From NCBI GenBank assembly GCA_965198675.1, contig OZ240666.1:146806-210805 (forward strand): a stretch of DNA of 64,000 nucleotides, in the 5' to 3' direction. The position numbers were made by a program, and so were the translations under genes. Of this stretch, positions 28,456 to 39,509 are shown one piece after another (the stretch's first letter is position 1; the number at the start of each line of letters is the position of its first letter). Under the pieces are notes generated by a model that did no database searches, was not told the DNA's origin, and saw nothing but the letters and a program-made list of their open reading frames with translations. Source of the stretch: Prochloron sp. (GTDB taxonomy: Bacteria; Cyanobacteriota; Cyanobacteriia; Cyanobacteriales; Prochloraceae).

Positions 28456-29241
28456 CTAGACTTGATCTTGGTGACGTTCTGGATGACCGAACCATGATCT
28501 ATGGCGATCGTCATACATTTGATTCAAGACTTGTTCCACATCATTCATCGTTCCGTCAGCGTCAACCCATCCACCTTCTAGATCGGGGAAGTCAAGCCGA
28601 CAGTTTTCACACTTTTTACCATCGTAAAATTTGATTGGGCACCAAAATGATTCAACGTTGCGTAACATTTCGGCACCGAGGGAGTACACACCCGTCATCC
28701 AGTCACAGTAAAGACACCAAATCAGATCGTGTCCGACCAATCCTTCAAACTTGTGACGACTAACATTGACCCAATCACTGTGCTTGTATTTGGGAAACCC
28801 AAGTAACCAAATTAGCATTGGATAGACGAAAACCTCTGAGAACCGGAGCAGAAAAAATACGGGCACGATAATCGAGGTCACCCACAACGCCAAGTGATTA
28901 CGCCACCACCCAATGCGCTGGCTATGGAAACGGGCGATACGGGAGCCAGGTGCAACATTGCGGTTCAGGAACTCGTGGTAAAAAATCCATAACTGCATCG
29001 CCAAGACCTGGGCAAGAAGGCTTGCCACAATGCCCCCCCATCGCACAGTTAGACCACCTATCAACCAAGGAACCAATATTATAAAGGATAATAACCAGTC
29101 CAGCATCGGGGCTTTGGTACATGCATCGACAGCATCTTTTCCCCATGTCCCGAGCGATGGCATTGAGGTCAGCAGCAAGAACAGCAAAACCTCGAAGGTC
29201 AAGATGGCTAAAAAAACTGTTGTGTATACAATCATTATCAA
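28456..29241 (-). CDS. Polytopic membrane protein with Cys-rich C-terminal domain, unknown function
   Basis: 261 aa with about 6 hydrophobic helices, then WCLYCDW...FWCPIKFYDGKKCENCRLDF. No family recognised. Confidence 0.45.
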   Translation of the reverse strand: MIMIVYTTVFLAILTFEVLLFLLLTSMPSLGTWGKDAVDACTKAPMLDWLLSFIILVPWLIGGLTVRWGGIVASLLAQVLAMQLWIFYHEFLNRNVAPGSRIARFHSQRIGWWRNHLALWVTSIIVPVFFLLRFSEVFVYPMLIWLLGFPKYKHSDWVNVSRHKFEGLVGHDLIWCLYCDWMTGVYSLGAEMLRNVESFWCPIKFYDGKKCENCRLDFPDLEGGWVDADGTMNDVEQVLNQMYDDRHRSWFGHPERHQDQV

Positions 29242-29590
29242 ATTTATTCTGAATACGAGAACCCAGTTCTGACAGTTTCATTTCTCCCGCTCAATCCCGA
29301 TGGGCTTTGAGGCTGACATTACGATCATGGGAGGGCATATTTTTCTTACATGTTGGGGTTTTTAAATTCCACACTAATCCTAACCAAAGTAACTGATTAA
29401 ACATAGCGAAACTCCGAACCAAACTAAGTGAATCCTGACCACACGGCGAATAGAGCGACCAGATGGATAGCGACATCTATGATATGGAGATAGGTGATCG
29501 GTAATATACTCATGATTCTTTTTTTATTATAGCAACAGTCATCATCGTTAGGACACGATGTCCCGCCGGTCTGGCGCAGGTTGTGCGCCC

Positions 29591-30721
29591 CTACTTAGTC
29601 ATCAAATATTGTCCGTTGCCAATATACGTACCGTCCCAGATAGCAAAATTGCGCGAGAACCACAGCAAATACAGCCGCCAGATCCTACGAAACTTAGCAT
29701 AGTCACAACCATAATCTAATGTACTGATCTCTGCTTGATATTTGTCAAAGTTATTCAACCAGCTCGCAAATGTTCGAGAATAATTCATTCCATTTATATA
29801 CCACCGTTTAATGGTTTTTAAATCTTGGTTATGGGCAGGAATAGCATCATAATTCCACAAACGACCATGGGAAAAAATATATTTATGTGTAAAAACGCTA
29901 GATATATTATTTGTAGCACAAATTGTCATAATATGCGTAGAAACATAACCATCATCCTTTAAGAAAGATGTTAATTTTGAGAATGACTTAGTTAAATTAC
30001 CAATATGCTCAAAAACACCCAATGAGAAAATTACGTCAAATTTTTGGTCGAATTCTATATCATTAAAATCCTGCTCGTATAACATAAATCGAGGCGAGCT
30101 GAGGTAACTTTCCTGATCCTGAATTCTCCTGCGGATGTACTTGCATTGCTCCCCGCTTAAATTTAAGCCTGTAAACTCGATATTTGGAAATTTGGAGAGA
30201 ATGTAATTTGCCACACAACCTCAACCACAACCAATTTCTAGAATGCGATCGCCGTCTTTGATACCCACTTTCTCAATCATATCATCGATCATTTGGGTTT
30301 GAGCCTGTTCAAGGTTAAGCGCCCCTTTTTCCCAAAGACCAACAGTATATTTAGGATAAATGAGTGGTCCGTCACCTAACATCAGACTAAACATCTTTTG
30401 AGGAAGGTTGTACTGAATTTTCATTAACTCATGAGATCCCTCGGCAAGATGCTCCGTTTCCTCTAGTACCCATTCATAAGGGACAAACAACGAAGGTAAA
30501 AACTTGATCAATATAGGCATACAGGTATCCATAATATCTTGCAAGACAAAATTAGGTATTTCTACACCATTGATATAGACTTCTACAATTGCCAGTTGTA
30601 ATGCATTAAACCCCTCAATCAATCCTCGGCTTAATTGAAAGCCAAGTGGGCTTTTATGTGTTAGATCACCGACCAGTGGTATATGTTTATCAAAATCCTG
30701 TAGCATAGATATAAAAGCCAT
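29591..30721 (-). pseudogene. Cyclopropane-fatty-acyl-phospholipid synthase-family SAM methyltransferase with in-frame TGA
   Basis: ORFs 30221..30721 and 29591..30214 are in the same frame. The junction reads RILEIGCG-TGA-GCVANY, so the stop (30221-30223) replaces the Trp of the GCGWG SAM-binding motif. Confidence 0.7.
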
Positions 30722-30895
30722 CAGTTACACTCTAATTTTTTTCATTCATCTTGTCAAAATTTAGCTTCCTAATGGGACTTAAACAAAATTTAAGCCCAAA
30801 CATCGTTTAAGTCCCGCTAGTCCGCTATTCTTTTCTCAGTTCTGAACAGTATTTGGGGTAACGCCAACAGCGTAACGCACCAACAGCAGTTGAGG

Positions 30896-31171
30896 TTAGC
30901 CTCCAGCAACTGCTGGTACAATGCTAACTTCATCCCCATCTTTTAATGCTGTTTCCTTCCCTTGAAGAAAGCGAATGTCCTCTTCATTAACATAGAAATT
31001 AACAAAGCGACGCAGTTGACCTTTTTCATCGCACAACCGAGATTTTATCCCGGGAAAATCACTTTCTAAGGTTGAAACTAATTGTTCAATGCTAGCAACT
31101 TCGGAGCATTGCACAGTTGCTTCTTTGGTGAATTTTTGCAGGGTACTTGGAACTAAAACTTTGACAGCCAT
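30896..31171 (-). CDS. MoaD/ThiS-family ubiquitin-like sulfur-carrier protein
   Basis: 91 aa ending ...[14 protein letters not shown] with a C-terminal Gly-Gly. Confidence 0.75.
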   Translation of the reverse strand: MAVKVLVPSTLQKFTKEATVQCSEVASIEQLVSTLESDFPGIKSRLCDEKGQLRRFVNFYVNEEDIRFLQGKETALKDGDEVSIVPAVAGG

Positions 31172-31310
31172 TTTGTTCTTGATTATAGGTTTTTGATTGT
31201 GGTATGGGCGGAGTGAACAAGGGTGGGCGCAAGCCTTGCGCCCCTACACACACTGCCTTTCCTTTCTCCCCCCTTGATAAGGGGGGTGCCCGATAGGGCG
31301 GGGGGATCTA

Positions 31311-32615
31311 TTACACTGAAACTTGTTGCCACTCCAACCGTTCGAGAGTGCGAGACCGTTCTAATGCTCGCTCGAAACTATCCAGTTTCGGTTCAATGGT
31401 TAGGGGTTCGCCGATATAACCTTGCACTGCTTCCGTAGTCTTCAGTCCGTTACCAGTAATATAAGCCACTGTGGTCTCCTCCGGGTCTATTTTACCAGCT
31501 TCCACTAACTTCTTCAACACAGCAATAGTGGTGCCCCCAGCAGTTTCGGTGAAAATACCCTCTGTTTCTGCTAACAGTTGAATCCCCTCTACAATTTCTT
31601 TATCTGTAGCACTTTCCAGTTCTCCTTGGGTTTTGCTGGCAATGTCCAAAGCATAAATACCGTCCGCAGGGTTGCCGATGGCAATGGATTTAGCGATAGT
31701 ATTGGGCTTTACTGGAGTGACAAAGTCCCTTCCTTCCTTAAAAGCAGTGGCGATGGGAGAACACCCTTCCGCTTGAGCACCGCTGAAACGCACTGGTTTA
31801 TCTTCTACTAAGCCTACTTTGACAAACTCTTGGAAACCCTTATAAATCTTGGTGTAGAGAGAACCAGACGCTAAGGGGGCAACGATATGGTCTGGCAGTT
31901 GCCATCCTAATTGTTCCGCTACTTCAAAGGCAAGGGTTTTAGAACCTTCTGAGTAATAGGGACGGAGGTTGATATTCACAAATCCCCAACCGTAGGTATT
32001 GCCTACTTCTGAGCAGAGACGGTTAACTTGGTCATAGTTACCTTTAACAGCCATGACTGTGGGATTATAAATGAGAGTACCCAGGATTTTGCCAGCTTCC
32101 AAGTCTGCGGGAATGAAAACATAGCAGTCCATACCAGCACGAGCGGCGATCGCTGCGGTAGAGTTAGCTAAATTCCCCGTACTAGCGCAGGAAACAGTAG
32201 CGAAACCCAACTCCCGGGCGCGGGTAAGGGCTACTGACACCACTCTATCCTTGAAGCTGAGGGTGGGCATGTTGACGGCATCGTTTTTAATATAGAGGTT
32301 CTTCAGACCCAAGCGACGGGCTAAACGATGGGATTTAAGTAAGGGAGTCATCCCCGTTCCCACGTCAATGGGGTTTTCACTGGTAACAGGGAGAAAATGG
32401 CGATAGCGCCAAATGGAGTTTGGTCCTGCTTCAATGGTAGCGCGACTGACTAGGTTGCGGATGGTATCATAGTCATAGGCTACTTCTAGGGGAGCAAAGG
32501 TTTCCTCGCAAATATGAATTGCTTTCAGAGGGTACTCGGTGCCCCCTTCTTTGGAAACCAGTTTGGTGAAAGTGGGAGCGATAGATGGTGTTTTGGTTAT
32601 AGTCGCCTGGGTCAT
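31311..32615 (-). CDS. thrC: Threonine synthase
   Basis: 434 aa with the PLP-lysine motif PTLSFKDRVVSVAL and a fold-type II PLP enzyme layout. Confidence 0.9.
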   Translation of the reverse strand: MTQATITKTPSIAPTFTKLVSKEGGTEYPLKAIHICEETFAPLEVAYDYDTIRNLVSRATIEAGPNSIWRYRHFLPVTSENPIDVGTGMTPLLKSHRLARRLGLKNLYIKNDAVNMPTLSFKDRVVSVALTRARELGFATVSCASTGNLANSTAAIAARAGMDCYVFIPADLEAGKILGTLIYNPTVMAVKGNYDQVNRLCSEVGNTYGWGFVNINLRPYYSEGSKTLAFEVAEQLGWQLPDHIVAPLASGSLYTKIYKGFQEFVKVGLVEDKPVRFSGAQAEGCSPIATAFKEGRDFVTPVKPNTIAKSIAIGNPADGIYALDIASKTQGELESATDKEIVEGIQLLAETEGIFTETAGGTTIAVLKKLVEAGKIDPEETTVAYITGNGLKTTEAVQGYIGEPLTIEPKLDSFERALERSRTLERLEWQQVSV

Positions 32616-32690
32616 AGTGAGTCTTTCCTCATGGAACCGTCAACATAATTTCCAATACTAACACAGCAAATGAAGAAAATGCTCAAGAAA

Positions 32691-33806
32691 TTAAATCCGG
32701 TTTAGAGTAATATTTTGATAATAGTGAGTCAAAATCTGGTAATAATTGTAACCGGACTGAGCGAGGTAGTGGGCACCCCATTGACTGAGTCCCACACCGT
32801 GACCGAAACCCCTTCCCTGGACTATAAAACCTTGTCCTGTGGGAGAAATAGTGAACAGGGTGCTGCGCAAACCGAGGTATCTGCGAATTTCACTACCGCT
32901 AAATCTTTTCGCCCCCCGATCCCCTCTGACCATCATTGTTACCACTCTCCCTTGAGGAGTCTTCCTTTCTATGGTCATGGAGTGGATCGCTCCTACCCCA
33001 GGAAGACGACTATTTAGTTCAGAAGTGGAAAAGGTTTTGCTCCATTGATATACTGGTGCTCTGTGGTCGTAATCCCACACTCCCCGCAAATAGGGTAGAC
33101 TATGATTCCAAATATTCTCCACATTTTCTGTGTGTCCCCCAGAAGAAGAATGAAAGACAGCCAGGATAACCTTCCCGTTGTAAGTCATTACTTCTCCGGC
33201 GGTTTCATTCACTGCTTGTAGGGTGCTAGAATATTCGCTATCTAAACCCTTGTAAACTTGGCTGGCAGTAGTGTTGTCCAAGTCGTACAATGAACTAGAA
33301 CTGCGAGACTGTTGATAGAGGGCATAGGATCGGGCAGCCACAGCCTGAGCTTTTAAAGCTTCTAGGGGCCAACTAGAGGGAGTTTCAGCCCCCACAACGC
33401 TGTAGAGATACTCTTCTAAATCGATATGGTTAATAACTGTAATCCCATTTCCATCTAACAGGAGTTGTACCCTTCCTCGATACCAGCGCTCCTCAATCCA
33501 AACATATCCGTCTGAACTGGGTTCCAGCCAAATTTGGGGATAATGCCACTGGGAGATAGATATGTTATTATAACTCTTACGGACGTTAAAAGCAGTCAGT
33601 TCGGAGATTTCTCCCAGTTGTCTACCAGCCCTATCTTTCACTACCCCTGGAGTGGAAGTTCCAATTGCCAACTGTTGGATATTCTTTTTGATGGCTACTC
33701 GCACTTCTAGAGCCTCCCCAGGTGCTATCAAGGCGATCCAGAATATTAAAGATAGCCACCAGGGAATTAAACTGGTTCTAGATGTCATTATGGTGTACTT
33801 CCTCAC
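32691..33806 (-). CDS. SpoIID/LytB domain protein
   Basis: EEYLYSVVGAEMP-like EEYLYSVVGAETPSSWPLEALKAQAVAARSYAL, then VFHSSSGGHTEN and GFGHGVGLSQWGA motifs. Signal-like N-terminus. Confidence 0.8.
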   Translation of the reverse strand: MRKYTIMTSRTSLIPWWLSLIFWIALIAPGEALEVRVAIKKNIQQLAIGTSTPGVVKDRAGRQLGEISELTAFNVRKSYNNISISQWHYPQIWLEPSSDGYVWIEERWYRGRVQLLLDGNGITVINHIDLEEYLYSVVGAETPSSWPLEALKAQAVAARSYALYQQSRSSSSLYDLDNTTASQVYKGLDSEYSSTLQAVNETAGEVMTYNGKVILAVFHSSSGGHTENVENIWNHSLPYLRGVWDYDHRAPVYQWSKTFSTSELNSRLPGVGAIHSMTIERKTPQGRVVTMMVRGDRGAKRFSGSEIRRYLGLRSTLFTISPTGQGFIVQGRGFGHGVGLSQWGAHYLAQSGYNYYQILTHYYQNITLNRI

Positions 33807-33978
33807 AATTTGTGCTTATATTAGTTTATAATAAAGTCGTGAGTTAATCTAATAAGGTTCCCACACCACCAATATTTTCCTGTTGGCAACGCACCGTCCA
33901 AACCTTAGGGGCGGGGTCTTCTCGCCCATCCACCGTTACAGCTGCTATAATGTGTATTTAGTTCTCTTTAAAATATTT

Positions 33979-35511
33979 ATGTTAAGGTTTAAATCTGAAT
34001 TAGACCTGTACCTGCGATCGCGCTTTACTCTCATTGTGGTAGTAACCCCAGAAGAAGAGAGAGTACTGCAAGTAATAACAAGTGTATGCCAACAAAGTAA
34101 TCGTACTTGTCTTACCTGGGATGTAGCTGATGGTTTTCAATCTCTCACGGAAAGGCGAGGTTCTGTACCCACAGCGCGGGATCCCCTGACTGCTTTAGAA
34201 CAGATTGATAAATCTGATAATGATACTTTATTTGTCCTGAAGGATTTTCACGACTGTTGGACCAATCCTCAATGCAAACGGAAACTCCGCAGTGTGGCTC
34301 AACGACTCAAGTATAGCAAAAAGTCCATAGTGGTGACAACCCCTTTGAGTAAAATTCCCGAAGAGTTAAAAGATGAAGTAGTGGTAATAGAGTTTCCTCT
34401 CCCTCAAGGGGCTGAGTTAGAAGCAGTACTGAACAAGTTAGGAAAAACACCGGGGGTGAAGTTTAACCTCACCACCTTGGGACGAGAAAAACTGGTACAA
34501 TCTGCTTTAGGTTTGACTGCATCCCAAGGACAACGGGTATTTGCTAAGGCGATCGTGAGTAACGGAGTTTTAGATGATCGAGATATAGACTTGGTCATGG
34601 AGGAGAAAAAGCAAATTATTCGAGAGAGTCGAGCGTTGGAGTTTTACACTCAACAAGAAACCCCCGATCATGTAGGAGGTTTGGGAGTATTAAAAGAGTG
34701 GTTGCGGTTGCGAGAAAGAGCATTTAGTCAAGAAGCTTCCGCTTATGGACTTCCCGCACCAAAAGGGATGGCTCTTATTGGTATTCCTGGTACAGGGAAG
34801 AGTTTAACTGCTAAAATGATAGGTGGTTTGTGGCGTTTACCCTTGTTGCGTTTGGATCTGGGAGCATTATTTGGTAGTTTAGTAGGAGAGTCTGAGGAGC
34901 GAGCGAGACAAGCGTTGGGGTTAGCAGAAACTGTAGCACCTTGTGTCTTGTGGATTGATGAAATGGAAAAAGGTTTTGCTTCTGGGGGTTTGGACGGTGG
35001 TACAAGTCAGCGAGTTTTTGCTACCATTCTGACTTGGATGCAAGAAAAGACTGTTCCCTGTTTTGTGGTAGCCACAGCCAATAATATTGACAGTTTACCT
35101 CCAGAACTGCTGCGCAAAGGACGGTTTGATGAGATTTTCTTTCTGGATTTGCCTACTATAGCAGAGCGAGAGGAGATTTTTACTGTTCATTTACACAAGC
35201 GGAATCGATTGTCTGAAGACTATAACATTAAGAGGTTAGCTTCTGAGTCTGAGGGTTATGTGGGAGCAGAAATTGAACAGGCTATTATTGAGGCTATGTA
35301 TGAGGGTTTCAATCAGAATCGGGAGTTTACTACAGAGGATATTTCCCATGGACTGAAACGTCAAGTACCCCTATCCGTATCTCAAAAGGAGAAGATTGAA
35401 GCTTTACGGAATTGGTTACGGGAAGGAAGGGCACAGTCTGCTTCTTTTGCACAAGTTCAGGAAGCAGAGGAACGGTTTGTACCTATCCAATTGGATCTCT
35501 CCAAATCGTAG
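33979..35511 (+). CDS. AAA+ ATPase, Ycf46-like
   Basis: The N-terminal [30 protein letters not shown]...FVLKDFH pattern is that of Ycf46. The C-terminal AAA module has Walker [13 protein letters not shown] and Walker [12 protein letters not shown]. The 5' extension of the ORF track (33883) is translated from a repeat. Confidence 0.7.
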   Translation: MLRFKSELDLYLRSRFTLIVVVTPEEERVLQVITSVCQQSNRTCLTWDVADGFQSLTERRGSVPTARDPLTALEQIDKSDNDTLFVLKDFHDCWTNPQCKRKLRSVAQRLKYSKKSIVVTTPLSKIPEELKDEVVVIEFPLPQGAELEAVLNKLGKTPGVKFNLTTLGREKLVQSALGLTASQGQRVFAKAIVSNGVLDDRDIDLVMEEKKQIIRESRALEFYTQQETPDHVGGLGVLKEWLRLRERAFSQEASAYGLPAPKGMALIGIPGTGKSLTAKMIGGLWRLPLLRLDLGALFGSLVGESEERARQALGLAETVAPCVLWIDEMEKGFASGGLDGGTSQRVFATILTWMQEKTVPCFVVATANNIDSLPPELLRKGRFDEIFFLDLPTIAEREEIFTVHLHKRNRLSEDYNIKRLASESEGYVGAEIEQAIIEAMYEGFNQNREFTTEDISHGLKRQVPLSVSQKEKIEALRNWLREGRAQSASFAQVQEAEERFVPIQLDLSKS

Positions 35512-35651
35512 GGTGGGCATTGCCCACCGCACCGCCCGAACCGCTAGTAGGGGCTGGGTTTTCCCGCCCGCATCGCCCACCAAATCCTTACGTAGCATCG
35601 CCCACCAAATCCGTCACCCGTCACCCCGAACCCAATCAAAGCCTAAAGAAC

Positions 35652-36970
35652 ATGACCAAAGAACTGCACAAAGAGAACTTTAATAGGAATCAGATAGCTC
35701 AGTTAGTTAAAATGACGGAGGAGGAATGGAGGGAAACTCTCCGGTCTTTGTGTGACAACGGTGAGTTTGATAAAATGTGGCAGTTAGCTCAAAAAGTACC
35801 TCCTGTCTGGAGTAGGGAGCTATTACAAGAGTTGGGTAAAGTAAAATGGTCTCCCTCCTGGGAAGGGGAAAGAGAAGTTTTTCAGAAGTTGTTGTCTTTA
35901 GCAGAGAATTGTGTTGAGGAAGTACCGCTGGGGGGACTGGTAAGCTGTAAGAAGGTATTGAGAGGACATTCCAATTGGGTCAGCTGTTTAGCTATCAGCC
36001 CGGATGGTAAGATTCTTGCTAGTGGTGGGAGTGGGGACGATACCGTGCGATTGTGGGGATTACCAGATGGTAAGCACTTGTGTACTCTTGAAGGACATTC
36101 CAAATCGGTCTGGAGTTTAGCAATCAGCCCGGATGGTAAGATTCTAGCTAGTGGGAGTAGGGACAAAACCGTGCGATTGTGGGGATTACCAGATGGTAAG
36201 CACTTGCGCACTCTGAAAGGACATTCCAGAAATGTCCGTAGTTTAGCCTTCAGCCCGGATGGTAAGATTCTTGCTAGTGGGAGTGAGGACAAAATCGTGC
36301 GGTTGTGGCGATTACCAGATGGTAAGCACTTGCGCACTAAAGGACATTCCCATTGGGTCTATAGTTTAGCTATCAGCCCCGATGGTAAGATTCTCGCTAG
36401 TGGGTGTGGGGACAAAACCGTGCTGTTGTGGCGATTACCAGATGGCAAGCACTTGCGCACTCTTAAAGGACATTTCGATTTGGTCTATAGTTTAGCTATC
36501 AGCCAGGATGGTAAGATTCTAGCTAGTGGGAGTAAGGACAAAACCGTGCTGTCGGGATTACCAGATGGTAAGCACTTGTGTACTCTTGAAGGACATTCCT
36601 CTACGGTCGAATGTTTAGCTATCAGCCCGGATGGGAAGATTCTAGCTAGTGGGAGTGAAGACGAAACCGTGCGGTTGTGGGGATTACCAGATGGTAAGCA
36701 CTTGTGTACTCTTAAAGGACATTCCGGTTACGTCTATAGTTTAGCCATCAGCCCCGATGGTAAGATTCTCGCTAGTGCGAGTAAGGACAAAACCGTGCGG
36801 TTGTAGACATCAGAGTTACCTCGTGTCACTGCTTTACCCCTAGAGCAACTGACTCCAGAAGATATAAAGTGGGTGGAGGGAGCATTGGAAAATAAAAATA
36901 TTACAGAAGATGAGCGTCATTGGTTAGAATTTACCTTAGAATTAATACGGTGGGAGCAACGATTCGATTC
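35652..36970 (+). pseudogene. WD40-repeat protein, paralog 1 (premature TAG, small in-frame deletions, 3' end truncated)
   Basis: It has the same 110-aa N-terminal domain as 37812..39215. The repeats read GHS..V.SLAISPDGKILASGS.DKTVRLWGLPDGKHL. A TAG at 36804-36806 replaces the Trp of VRLW. Homology continues (TSELPRVTALPLEQLTPEDIKWV...) until it is cut by an inverted Rpn fragment at about 36970. Confidence 0.7.
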
Positions 36971-37615
36971 ACTTGCTCAACAGAGAGTCCCGTCGCCTCA
37001 GAGACTTGCTCCCTTGATATACCTATGCGGAGCATATTAGTAGCGACTTGCTGAATACCTCGCTGTTCGCCTCGCTTTTCGCTATTTTCGACTATCTGCC
37101 GATACAAAGGGGATTGTTCTAAAATTGCCATATCACACCTCAGAATTTCTTGAACTAAACTAGTGTCTAAAAAGTAGGTTGCGAAGAACCCTAATATTGA
37201 TTCTAACTCTTGGGGTTGTTGTTGAAGTCGTAATTCTCCTAAAGCACGTCTGATGACTTTTTCTTCCCCTCTTCCTTTCATAATGGGTACTAATGGCAGC
37301 AATGTGGATAAGTTGCGCTGGAAGACTATATCTACGTCTACTTCCCACAGGTTTATTACTCGATACTCTTGGATCGCTTTTAAACCAGCAAAATTACTCT
37401 GGAAAGAATTAGCAATGGTTTCTGAAGACGCTTCCAGTATATTAATCAACACTGGATAAACGGGAAGTTCATATTTTTCCTCTGCTAACCCTGCATATGC
37501 TCTCATGCGTCGAGCAGCAGATTGAGCATTGGTATAACTATTAACTACTAACTGGTAACTGGTAACTGGTAACTGGTAACTGGTAATTGCTTTTCGTGCT
37601 GAGATCGGCTTTCTT
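36931..37615 (-). pseudogene. Rpn-family gene, copy 3 (N-terminal region replaced by heptamer run, C-terminus fused to WD40 sequence)
   Basis: MTKKKADLSTKS (from 37615) is followed by (CAGTTAC)n instead of about 80 codons. The family sequence then runs from MRAYAGLAEEKYELPVYPVLINIL. The tail diverges at VEQVNRIVAPTVLILR*. Confidence 0.6.
37549..37587. repeat. STRR-like heptamer run (CTGGTAA)n
   Basis: ACTAACTGGTAACTGGTAACTGGTAACTGGTAACTGGTAA. The same heptamer occurs at 10178-10202, 22405-22560, 40222-40254, 54766-54800 and 63262-63292. Confidence 0.85.
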
Positions 37616-37811
37616 TTTTGTCATTGGATGTTTGAGGAAAGATATGAGATAATTTTAACCGTAGATAGATACAAATGTTCCTGGCAATAAATAACTAAGT
37701 TCTTCTAAAATATTTAGAAATTATCTTATAGCAGTGCGTAAAAAGGCAATCTTTTCCCACACCCCCGCGCAGCGCTATACAATTAGTACAAACAGCATAT
37801 TGCCAAAGAAC

Positions 37812-39215
37812 ATGACCAAAGAACTGCACAAAGAGAACTTTAATCGGAATCAGATAGAGCGATTGGTAAAAATGACGGAGGAGGAATGGAGGGAAACTCT
37901 CCTATCTTTGTGTGATAACTGTGAGTTTGATAAAATGTGGCAGTTAGCTCAAAAAGCACCTCCTGTCTGGAGTAGGGAGCTATTACAAGAGTTGGGTCAA
38001 GTAAAATGGTCTCCCTCCTGGGAAGGGGAAAGAGAGGTTTTTCAGAAGTTGCTGTGGTTAGCAGAGAATTGTGTTGAAGAAGTGCCTAAGTTGGGCGGTT
38101 TAGTAAGCTGTCAGAAGGTATTGAAAGGGCATTCCAATAGTGTCTCTAGTTTAGCAATCAGCCCCGATGTTAAGATTTTTGCTACTAGTGGTAGGAATTT
38201 GGACTCCACCGTGCGATTGTGGGGATTACCAGATGGTCAGCATTTGCGCACTCTGAGAGGATATTCCGTTTCCGCCTATAGTTTAGCAATCAGCCCGGAT
38301 GGTAAGATTTTAGCTAGTGGGAATTATAACGATACCGTGCGGTTGTGGCGATTACCAGATGGTCAGCGCTTGCGCACTCTTAAAGGACATTCCGATACGG
38401 TCACTATTTTAGCAATCAGCCCGGATAGTAAGATTCTTGCTAGTGGGGGAGGTGTTGACAAAACCGTGCGGTTGTGGCGATTACCAGATGGTAAGCACTT
38501 GCGCACTCTTAAAGGACATTCCTATGGGGTCAATTTTTTAGCCTTCAGCCCGGATGGTAAGATTCTTGCTAGTGGGGGGGAAAATATCGTGCGATTGTGG
38601 CAATTACCAGATGGTAAGCACTTGTGCACTCTTACAGAACATTCCCATTTGGTCTATAGTTTAGCTATCAGCCCCGATGGTAAGATTCTTGCTAGTGGGA
38701 GTAGGGACAAAACCGTGCGGTTGTGGCGATTACCAGATGGTAAGCACTTGCGCACTCTTAAAGGACATTCCTATGGGGTCAGTAGTTTAGCCTTCAGCCC
38801 GGATGGTAAAATTCTAGCTAGTGGGGGTGGGGACAGAACCGTGCGGTTATGGGGATTACCAGATGGAAAGCACTTGTGTACTCTTAAAGGACATTCCGAT
38901 TCTGTCTGGAGTTTAGCAATCAGCCCCGATGGGAAGATTCTTGTCAGCGGGAGTCGTCAGAACGGAACCCTGCGATTATGGACATCAGAGTTACCTCGTG
39001 TCACTGCTTTACCCCTAGAGCAACTGACTCCAGAAGATATAAAGTGGGTGCAGGGAGCATTAGAAAACAAAAACATTACGGAAGATGAGCGTCATTGGTT
39101 AGAATTCATCTTAGAATTAATACGGTGGGAGCAACGATTCGATATTGAAATTGAGATTGATGATCCAGAATCCAGAGAAAATCCGGTCGAGTTTGATATT
39201 GAAATAGAAGGATAA
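37812..39215 (+). CDS. WD40-repeat protein, paralog 2 (intact)
   Basis: It starts MTKELHKENFNRNQIERLVKMTEEEWRETL. It has about 8 WD40 blades and a C-terminal acidic extension (RFDIEIEIDDPESRENPVEFDIEIEG). Confidence 0.75.
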   Translation: MTKELHKENFNRNQIERLVKMTEEEWRETLLSLCDNCEFDKMWQLAQKAPPVWSRELLQELGQVKWSPSWEGEREVFQKLLWLAENCVEEVPKLGGLVSCQKVLKGHSNSVSSLAISPDVKIFATSGRNLDSTVRLWGLPDGQHLRTLRGYSVSAYSLAISPDGKILASGNYNDTVRLWRLPDGQRLRTLKGHSDTVTILAISPDSKILASGGGVDKTVRLWRLPDGKHLRTLKGHSYGVNFLAFSPDGKILASGGENIVRLWQLPDGKHLCTLTEHSHLVYSLAISPDGKILASGSRDKTVRLWRLPDGKHLRTLKGHSYGVSSLAFSPDGKILASGGGDRTVRLWGLPDGKHLCTLKGHSDSVWSLAISPDGKILVSGSRQNGTLRLWTSELPRVTALPLEQLTPEDIKWVQGALENKNITEDERHWLEFILELIRWEQRFDIEIEIDDPESRENPVEFDIEIEG

Positions 39216-39509
39216 TCGGATCCCCCCCAGCCCACCAAAATATCGGGGGGTGCCCTTAGGGCGGGGGGATTTTACGTGAATAAGACGATGGGATGATAGG
39301 ATAAGGGCGGCGTTTCACGATCGCCAGCAAATCTCCTCCCCCATTCTCGCTGGATCGCCCTATAAATCTTGTAGTCCTGAAAGGACTTTTCTTGTTAGCA
39401 CGCAATTTATTCCCGTGCGGGTCTTAAATAAACCCTGTTAGGGTTCCCATTGTTGGGTTTCGTGCCTCAACCCAACCTACATAGAATTAGCTAAATAAAG
39501 ATAAAAGTC

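Noticed and set aside
33883-33978. 5' extensions of real genes in the ORF track: 33883 for the AAA ATPase, 35412 for WD40 paralog 1, 48904 for the S9 peptidase, 1856 for hpsB, 42964 for IscB, 62390 for DUF2809 and 37734 for WD40 paralog 2.
   Set aside because: The extra residues are translated from dispersed repeats or spacers (for example MATHRPNL from the GACGGTGCGTTGCCA element). They precede obvious conserved N-termini with their own ATG.
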